Positions 21,154 to 26,698 of a stretch of 26,698 bases of DNA are shown in pieces. The notes beneath the pieces were generated by a model that saw only the letters and a list, made by a program, of their open reading frames with translations, had not been told where the DNA came from and did not search any database. Numbering within the stretch: the stretch's first letter is position 1; the number at the start of each line of letters is the position of its first letter. Source of the stretch: an uncultured Methanosarcinaceae archaeon (GTDB lineage: Archaea > Halobacteriota > Methanosarcinia > Methanosarcinales > Methanosarcinaceae); contig CAWHXP010000021.1 in assembly GCA_963833425.1 (NCBI GenBank), positions 1 to 26,698 on the forward strand. The letters run 5' to 3'. Position numbers and translations under genes: made by a program.

Positions 21154-22581
21154 TCAAGCACCAGAATTTTTGGCTTTGATTTCTTGTATAATTCTTAGGA
21201 TCTTATTCCAAGTCTCAACTCCCCTAGGGTCAGAATATCTATCGGGGTATTTAATGACAGTAGCTTCCGTTTTAATGGAATTGCCAGGCCCCAAGACTAT
21301 GGAAGAAGCTTTGGTCATTAATTTCTGGGCTTGGAAAATAGTCTCATCGGCTTCTTCCTCATCACACTCAATGAGAATTGCGTCGTGGATTGGAGCAATC
21401 ATTTTGATATTATTTTCGACAAGACGAATGCAAGCGACTCTGAGAATTTCCGCACCCGTAGCTTGACAAGGGAAATTTTTGATTGTTCTCCCTTCTTTCT
21501 TCTCTCCCCCAACAATGTGCATTTGCCACCCAAAACAGGTAGTTATCCTTCTGAAAAGAAGAGTGGTATCCAGGACATGATCACCCCAAGCCCAATATTG
21601 TTGGTAAACTCTCTTGTGGTGCCTTAGTAATTCTTTGGCGTAAGGAGTTGATTTGCCTATACGCAAAGCCAGACTATCGGGACCCATACCATATTGAACC
21701 CCCAATACACAAGCTTTAAAAAGATCTCTTGCAGCTTTATGAGTCGATTTTGTTGCTTCCTGTGGCACTGCTCCGGCCTGTTTTGCAAATGCTAAATAAG
21801 GATCTTCTGACTCATAGGCTGCTTTCATTTCAGGATCTTTCGACAAAGCAGCCGCAATACAAAATTCTTGCTGAGAATAATCAATGTAAGCTAGCACTTT
21901 ACCTTTTTCAGGTTTAATCAGGCTTCTAAGCCAGACAGCTGGACCAAATATGAATTTACTTGTGCTTGGTTGATTTCTTCCAGTTTTAGAAGCAAACGGC
22001 GAAAGTAAGCATCGATTTCTACCGTCAGACCCAACAGGAATTTCTGAAAGTCTCAATTGTCCCAAGATATACCGAAGATCTTTCAATCCCTGGAGCTGAG
22101 GATGAGAATTCACCATGTCCTTGAAAGTCTCCTCCTTTAGCTCTAAATACCCCTTCTCAGTCCTAGGCCAAGAAATCCCATTTGTACTCAAATACTGTTC
22201 AAACTTAGAAATCTTGAATGTGGTGCCTTCATATACTCCATAAGAGCTATCGATTTCCTGAACTAATTTTTCTTTAATTAAAGTCCAATTTTCCTTTAAA
22301 CCTGTTAAAGTTTCAATATCAATTGGAATCCCATTATACTCCATTATTGCTACCGTTTCCATATACTTACCGCGAAAAAGTGCTGTACCGATATCAAAAC
22401 TGCTTTCAGCTGCTATTTTTTTAAATAGTTCTACTGTTTCCATAACATCAGATGCACAATAATCCATAATGTAGGTTTTTTCTTCGTCAGTATAGGGAGG
22501 GCCTTGCAATATCTTCTGTCTAGCGCTTTCCTTTTCTGATTCCGCTATAGCTGCGATTCCATATTGTTGACAAGCCCCCAA
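21154..22581 (-). CDS. Family A DNA polymerase, C-terminal part (Exo III plus polymerase domain); downstream piece of a frameshifted gene
   Basis: YCASDV (Exo III), SKTGRNQP, motif A IDYSQQE, motif B RDLFKACVLGVQYG, NFPCQATGAE and motif C IHDAILIE. Confidence 0.92.
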   Translation of the reverse strand: MGACQQYGIAAIAESEKESARQKILQGPPYTDEEKTYIMDYCASDVMETVELFKKIAAESSFDIGTALFRGKYMETVAIMEYNGIPIDIETLTGLKENWTLIKEKLVQEIDSSYGVYEGTTFKISKFEQYLSTNGISWPRTEKGYLELKEETFKDMVNSHPQLQGLKDLRYILGQLRLSEIPVGSDGRNRCLLSPFASKTGRNQPSTSKFIFGPAVWLRSLIKPEKGKVLAYIDYSQQEFCIAAALSKDPEMKAAYESEDPYLAFAKQAGAVPQEATKSTHKAARDLFKACVLGVQYGMGPDSLALRIGKSTPYAKELLRHHKRVYQQYWAWGDHVLDTTLLFRRITTCFGWQMHIVGGEKKEGRTIKNFPCQATGAEILRVACIRLVENNIKMIAPIHDAILIECDEEEADETIFQAQKLMTKASSIVLGPGNSIKTEATVIKYPDRYSDPRGVETWNKILRIIQEIKAKNSGA

Positions 22582-22909
22582 CAGACTTTTTGAGACACCA
22601 GGTAGCCCAATTAGTAATTATTCTGAATTCAGGGTACAAATCAACCACGTGAACGGGCAAAGGCCAATTTAGAGCTAAATGACAGCCCCACTCGGCAGAA
22701 CTAAAATATGCAATGAATAAATCAGTTTCATCCATAGGGTATGGTGGCTTAATGGTCAAAGGGTCATTTCCCTCTATCCATACTTTTTTAGTTTCCCCAG
22801 AAATGATTTCGTGCGCTACAACACATACAGGTTTTGACTTTTCTCCCGAATCAGCGATAAATTCAAAATCTATTACAAAAATATTTTTAAAAGATAGGAG
22901 CATTTTCAC
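22520..22909 (-). CDS. Family A DNA polymerase, N-terminal 3'-5' exonuclease fragment (frameshift at ~22609)
   Basis: Exo I motif VIDFEF and DLYPEFR. Removing one base at 22609/22610 fuses it in frame to the polymerase ORF (TNGLPGVSKSLLGACQQYG). Confidence 0.85.
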   Translation of the reverse strand: MKMLLSFKNIFVIDFEFIADSGEKSKPVCVVAHEIISGETKKVWIEGNDPLTIKPPYPMDETDLFIAYFSSAEWGCHLALNWPLPVHVVDLYPEFRIITNWATWCLKKSVGGLSTIWNRSYSGIRKGKR

Positions 22910-23478
22910 AGCTCCCCTCTAAGTTGCTTCAAGACTGGATGATCTATCGAATCAATAATCTTATTTTTAAAAGCAATATTTAAAGCATCTTTTATTGTTT
23001 TTGGTTCCTTTGGCCATTTAGGTTCAGGCAACTCGCCTTTTGCGAGGGATATTTCATAAGCACCTAGAGCCTTGTTAGCCTTGATCCGAACCCATTTTTT
23101 CGTGCCAATTGCGTATGATTCTCTTCGAGTTCGGTTGTATCCATTATCTTTACCGTCTTGATCGGGGAGTGGGACGTCTGAAAGGAAAAATATTTTGTGG
23201 GTATGTGTTATCAAAGTGTAGATCATTACAGGCTTTAACCTTCCAATATCCATTACGTCTGAGATCAGCTCCGGAGCTACGATATATTTTTCCTCATCCC
23301 CTTCATTCAAATCGAGAAGATACAGTGAGAAAGTCCACTCCGAGTCGTCTCTAATCCTAAAAAATTCGTATGCATTCGGCTTTCTTATTGGAATGGTAGT
23401 GATCAATTTTTCGACCATCATTCCAGCCACAAAAGTGGGTGACAATTTGACACTATCAAAATCGAAATCCACTCTCAT
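22906..23478 (-). CDS. PolA-associated hypothetical protein (possible ssDNA-binding or replication accessory factor)
   Basis: 190 aa, beta-rich and aromatic (TTIPIRKP..EFFRI, KKWVRIKAN..GAYE, PEPKWP, IIDSIDHPVLKQLRG). Stop overlaps the polA start (GTGA). Function is a guess. Confidence 0.65.
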   Translation of the reverse strand: MRVDFDFDSVKLSPTFVAGMMVEKLITTIPIRKPNAYEFFRIRDDSEWTFSLYLLDLNEGDEEKYIVAPELISDVMDIGRLKPVMIYTLITHTHKIFFLSDVPLPDQDGKDNGYNRTRRESYAIGTKKWVRIKANKALGAYEISLAKGELPEPKWPKEPKTIKDALNIAFKNKIIDSIDHPVLKQLRGEL

Positions 23479-23512
23479 GCTCTCCTGAAATCTTTCGGAT
23501 TATGGTTTTTAG

Positions 23513-23674
23513 TCATTCTTTGTTGCCACCCGCAATTTGTATAATTCGTTTTGCTATGACTCTTTCCAGGGGGTCAGTGCTCTTCCTCATATGTTCCAAG
23601 ATGTCAGGATATCGAGAGTTTACACGCTTTGACCATTCCACAAATAATAAATTACTTTGGGTCATATTTTCCAT
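23513..23674 (-). CDS. Small hypothetical protein (53 aa)
   Basis: MENMTQSNLLFVEWSKRVNSRYPDILEHMRKSTDPLERVIAKRIIQIAGGNKE. AGGAG upstream. Fills the gap between the AbrB gene and the 23478 ORF in the operon direction. Not in the ORF track. Confidence 0.7.
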   Translation of the reverse strand: MENMTQSNLLFVEWSKRVNSRYPDILEHMRKSTDPLERVIAKRIIQIAGGNKE

Positions 23675-23900
23675 AGCCGGTACATCTCCTTAAAACGGTG
23701 GTTGTTGTCGGTGTTCCGGTCCCCTTAGAGCCTTGGTCGGACTGAGGGACCGGGCAAATCTGTAAATTTCCGTCTTCTAATAGTTCGATTCGTACTTGAT
23801 CACTTTTTTTCATTTCGTTGCTTGTGATCCATTCACTAGGTAGAGAGACAAAAAACGAACCCCTTACCTGTTGAATTTTTTTATTTTTAAATCTAAACAT
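23652..23900 (-). CDS. AbrB/MazE/SpoVT-family DNA-binding protein
   Basis: KKIQQVRGSFFVSLPSEWITSNEMKKSDQVRIELLEDGNLQICP swapped-hairpin pattern. Confidence 0.85.
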   Translation of the reverse strand: MFRFKNKKIQQVRGSFFVSLPSEWITSNEMKKSDQVRIELLEDGNLQICPVPQSDQGSKGTGTPTTTTVLRRCTGYGKYDPK

Positions 23901-23952
23901 TTTACTACCACTATTTCTTACTTATGAAATTACATGTATAAATATCTGAAAA

Positions 23953-24005
23953 TGATATTCTTCAGGTTGAATATCACCTGGATATTAGAACTAAACTATA
24001 TCCAG
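23953..24005. promoter_or_regulatory. Clustered inverted repeats (putative operators) in the divergent AbrB/wHTH intergenic region
   Basis: TGATATTC-N8-GAATATCA (23953-23976), CAGGT-N8-ACCTG (23963-23980) and CTGGATAT-N12-ATATCCAG (23978-24005). Confidence 0.55.
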
Positions 24006-24063
24006 TACCCCTATAAAATGTAAAATAACAAAGCTTAAGATCCAGCAGTTTATGTAATTTCAT

Positions 24064-24738
24064 ATGAATGATGATGAAAATGAACAAAAGAGGAGAAGCC
24101 CAGGCGAGCGTTTAAATAAAAACGAAGCAAAAATCGAAATTCTCAAGTACATTCTCAGTAAAAATGATTTGGTATCAGGGCCAGATATAATAAAATATAT
24201 CCAGAAAAAATGTAATCTAGTAGATGAGAACAACATTAGGTCTCACTTGAAAGGTTTAAGACAAAAACATTGTATCGAAATAATTCCACGAGATCCGGGG
24301 TTATATCATAAATGGAAAATTGAAGAATTAGGAACTTTGCGGAATATACGAAAACTCTATCCTGAGATACAATTAAATAGATATGATCAGGCTTTAAATC
24401 TAATCCTTAAAGAGCAAATCATTAAAGGATATCCATGTATAGATGCTATTCATGCCAAAGAGCTTCGTATTCAGTTGTCCCATTCGATTCACTTTTTTGA
24501 TAAGTGCTTGAAAGATAACTTTAAAACCTTATACGATGATGTCGAAGATATTTACAGACTCGGTAAACGTGCATATTGTTGTGAAAATCTCAAAAATCAT
24601 GCTTATGAATCCCCTACCAAACTTCTATACCCGCTTGAACTCTCTCTCCGTACTGTTACCGAAACTCTTTTGAATATGTACTTAAAGATGGAGAGGCTTT
24701 TGTTATACTCTAATTCTCACCTGTCAGTTAAGGACTAG
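24064..24738 (+). CDS. Winged-helix transcriptional regulator (putative element repressor), C-terminus possibly truncated
   Basis: KIEILKYIL...GPDIIKYIQKK...ENNIRSHLKGLRQKHCIE wHTH pattern. Divergent from the replication operon and ends next to the IS remnant. Confidence 0.65.
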   Translation: MNDDENEQKRRSPGERLNKNEAKIEILKYILSKNDLVSGPDIIKYIQKKCNLVDENNIRSHLKGLRQKHCIEIIPRDPGLYHKWKIEELGTLRNIRKLYPEIQLNRYDQALNLILKEQIIKGYPCIDAIHAKELRIQLSHSIHFFDKCLKDNFKTLYDDVEDIYRLGKRAYCCENLKNHAYESPTKLLYPLELSLRTVTETLLNMYLKMERLLLYSNSHLSVKD

Positions 24739-24750
24739 GGTAGGTTATGA

Positions 24751-25431
24751 CTAAATAGCAGAACAAGTTGCCCTTCCAGTCACATTTTTCTTAAAAGGGA
24801 TATATGGCTCACACCAATACATTTGCTGCGTCAAAATTTTTGCGAGACGAATAAGCTAAGTCAGCAGAAATCTCATTCATTGCGCAGCCTTCTGATGCCT
24901 GATTAATCAATTGGCTAAACTGTGGAGAGTCATTGTAATCCCATCAATTATGATCACAGAAGCGACTGTGTTGATCTTTACACCCACACATATAAGCCTT
25001 AAGGCACTTATTGTTCTTTGCTCTGTCCATGTTCCATTTCGTTGCATATGAGGAATGTGATTGATCTGAATCCCGTAGAATCGACGACGAAATTAGTAGC
25101 TAATCCGGCTACTGATAATGCAGATACGTAGACCAATTTCTGTAAAATTGGAGTAATATCTAGATGTTGAAGAGTTTTGATGGCGCATTGAAATGGGTTG
25201 CGTGTTCTATTTGTCCTTTTTCAGTTGCATTCTGAAAGAGACTAAATGATGACGGCTGGATAACTGAGAGTACACTTTCTGAATGGCACAGAATAGAGAT
25301 TCATGAATTAACAAGCTTGGCCTTCCTATTGTTTGCCTTGGTTCAGGGATTGCCACAACTAAATCTTTCAGCAATTCATCAAATAGCTCGACTTCCACAT
25401 TTTAAGCTTCGTTATGAGCCGTCCATGCTTG
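24751..25431 (-). pseudogene. Degraded DDE transposase (IS5/IS4-superfamily-like) internal fragment
   Basis: Across frameshifts and stops: QAWTAHNEA*NVEVELFDELLKDL..GRPSL..KVYSQLSSR / HFNAPSK / FVVDSTGF / DSPQF / ISADLAYSSRKN / PYIPFKKN. The N-terminus and the third catalytic-residue region are missing. Confidence 0.82.
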
Positions 25432-25497
25432 TTAGTCATTTGGAATTTGAAATCAAGAGATGTAATTTTGAGTTTTGGGATCAGCTCTACGAGAAAG

Positions 25498-26634
25498 TTA
25501 TTTTCCTGCTTTGAGCATCATCTCCTTTAACTTAGAAATTTCTTCAAGTTCCTGTTTTAACACATTTTTCATTTCCCGGATTTCGTTCAGATCTGCAAAT
25601 TGCATATAATCGGTTTTTACGGATTCTACAGTGGATGAAGCTTCCTGCGTAAGTGGCAGTCCACATTTAAAACAAAATAAAGCATTATCTGGATTTATTT
25701 CCTTGCAACGTGGGCATTTGTTAACAGTGAATTTTTTGGTAGCTTCTTCAGTTTCGATTCCATGTAATTTAAGTATAGCATTATCCACGTCTCGGCCTGA
25801 CATATGCACATATATACTCGCCATATTACTCGATTTTGTCCAGCCTAAATATTCTTTTAAAAGTTGTTCGGGTAATTGTTCGGCTAAGTGGGTTGCTCTG
25901 GCATGTCTAAAAGCATGTGGGTAAACCCTTTTTTGTTGAATACCCGCTCTACTAGCTATTTGGTGGAGTCGATCTGCAAGTCCTACAAATGTGACGACTC
26001 CAAAAGGAGAATTAGTTGAACAGAATAGGTAAGCATCGAGATCATTCTTAAATGGATGCGTGTCAATCCATTGTTTAAGGTAAGACGAAGCTAATACAAG
26101 CCTCACGCGGCGACTTCCTGTATTCCCTTTCTGTATATTAAGAATTGCCCCATTCTCGTCAAAAGTCACATGCTTAAGTTGAACCGCTAGTAATTCTCCC
26201 CTTCTAGCTCCACTTTCATAAAAGGTAGCAATTATAGCCCGATCTCTGTTACTTAGACATGAATCAATTAATTTTTCAATTTCTTCGCGAGTCAAAATAT
26301 CTTCTGGGATTTTCCCATTTTTGAGCGTCCGCAATTTTATTACGGCTCCGAGTTCATGATTTATAAAAGTCAAAAATTTTTTTAAAACCGTTCGGATTTT
26401 TTGTTGTGTACCAGGCGAGTACTTAACTGCCTTACCAGCTTTGATGTATGTATAGGCATTTATAAAATCCAGATAATCGTAAACATCGTCTGTAGTAAAT
26501 TCCTTTAATTCTCGATCTCCACACCATTCTATGAACTTTATAAGTGTATATTCAGCAGTTGCAATTGTCTCTTCCGTCAGTCCATCTGCTTGACACTTCC
26601 TTAAGTAATCTTTTAAGATCTTTGAATTATCCAT
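25498..26634 (-). CDS. Tyrosine integrase with C-terminal zinc ribbon (SNJ2-like archaeal family)
   Basis: YESGARRGE (R), HAFRHARAT (HxxR), LGW and IYVH (Tyr), plus CPRC...CFKCG zinc ribbon and a coiled-coil tail. Confidence 0.93.
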   Translation of the reverse strand: MDNSKILKDYLRKCQADGLTEETIATAEYTLIKFIEWCGDRELKEFTTDDVYDYLDFINAYTYIKAGKAVKYSPGTQQKIRTVLKKFLTFINHELGAVIKLRTLKNGKIPEDILTREEIEKLIDSCLSNRDRAIIATFYESGARRGELLAVQLKHVTFDENGAILNIQKGNTGSRRVRLVLASSYLKQWIDTHPFKNDLDAYLFCSTNSPFGVVTFVGLADRLHQIASRAGIQQKRVYPHAFRHARATHLAEQLPEQLLKEYLGWTKSSNMASIYVHMSGRDVDNAILKLHGIETEEATKKFTVNKCPRCKEINPDNALFCFKCGLPLTQEASSTVESVKTDYMQFADLNEIREMKNVLKQELEEISKLKEMMLKAGK

Positions 26635-26663
26635 ACTAACTTGATAGAATTAATCATAGATAA

Positions 26664-26697
26664 ACAATATAGGTATTTATGTTGGTTCAGAACCAAC
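26664..26697 (-). repeat. Right boundary site: 18-bp arm plus palindromic core GTTGGTTC-A-GAACCAAC, overlapping the likely integrase promoter
   Basis: ACAATATAGGTATTTATG (26664-26681) then TTGGTTCAGAACCAAC (26682-26697). Starts 30 bp upstream of the integrase ATG. ATAAATA TATA-like element on the minus strand within the arm. Confidence 0.85.
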
Positions 26698-26698
26698 G

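Larger units (their letters stand above)
13319..26697. mobile_element. Putative ~13.4-kb integrative element (integrase/PolA/TerS-like module plus arsenic/metal cargo)
   Basis: Matched end sites, with the integrase abutting the right site and a satellite-like gene module at 19.6-26.6 kb. Inclusion of the 13.3-19.5 kb cargo rests only on the left site. Confidence 0.6.

Noticed and set aside
24736..24750. Pyrrolysine readthrough of the TAG stop of the wHTH gene
   Set aside because: A TGA follows after only three more codons, so there is no meaningful extension.
3895..25924. Shadow ORFs overlapping real genes (3895, 4447, 6089, 7393, 15509, 16566, 17478, 18351, 19860, 21170, 21331, 21729, 22713, 23109, 23502, 25317, 25631)
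   Set aside because: Antisense or out of frame to well-supported genes, with no motifs.
13319..26697. Casposon or pipolin
   Set aside because: No Cas1 and the polymerase is family A, not B.
1..26698. CRISPR array or rRNA
   Set aside because: No regularly spaced repeat-spacer series and no rRNA-like sequence seen.

Overview
AT-rich archaeal window, most likely Methanosarcina or a close relative (MtrE N-terminus, Methanosarcina-type Sec61beta). The left half (1-12.7 kb) holds the 5' end of a divergent mtrE, secG/Sec61beta, a cell-envelope/glycosylation cluster (CPBP protease, DUF1616-like protein, two GT2s, a GT-C-like membrane protein, a flippase-like protein) and tRNA-Leu(CAA). A ~130-bp promoter-like element occurs three times in this half. 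The right half (13,319-26,697) is bracketed by a 16-bp palindromic direct repeat with internal 18-bp inverted arms. It contains metal/arsenic genes (arsR, acr3, arsC, a disulfide reductase, a CDF transporter) and a compact satellite-like module: Zn-ribbon tyrosine integrase, IS remnant, divergent wHTH/AbrB switch, two hypothetical genes, a frameshifted bacterial/phage-type family A DNA polymerase, 22-bp iteron-like repeats, a wHTH gene and a terminase-small-subunit-like gene. No primase, helicase or capsid gene is recognisable. The best novel-system candidate is this PolA-encoding, PICI-like archaeal integrative element with unusual non-tRNA ends. All family assignments come from motif recognition by eye, without database searches.
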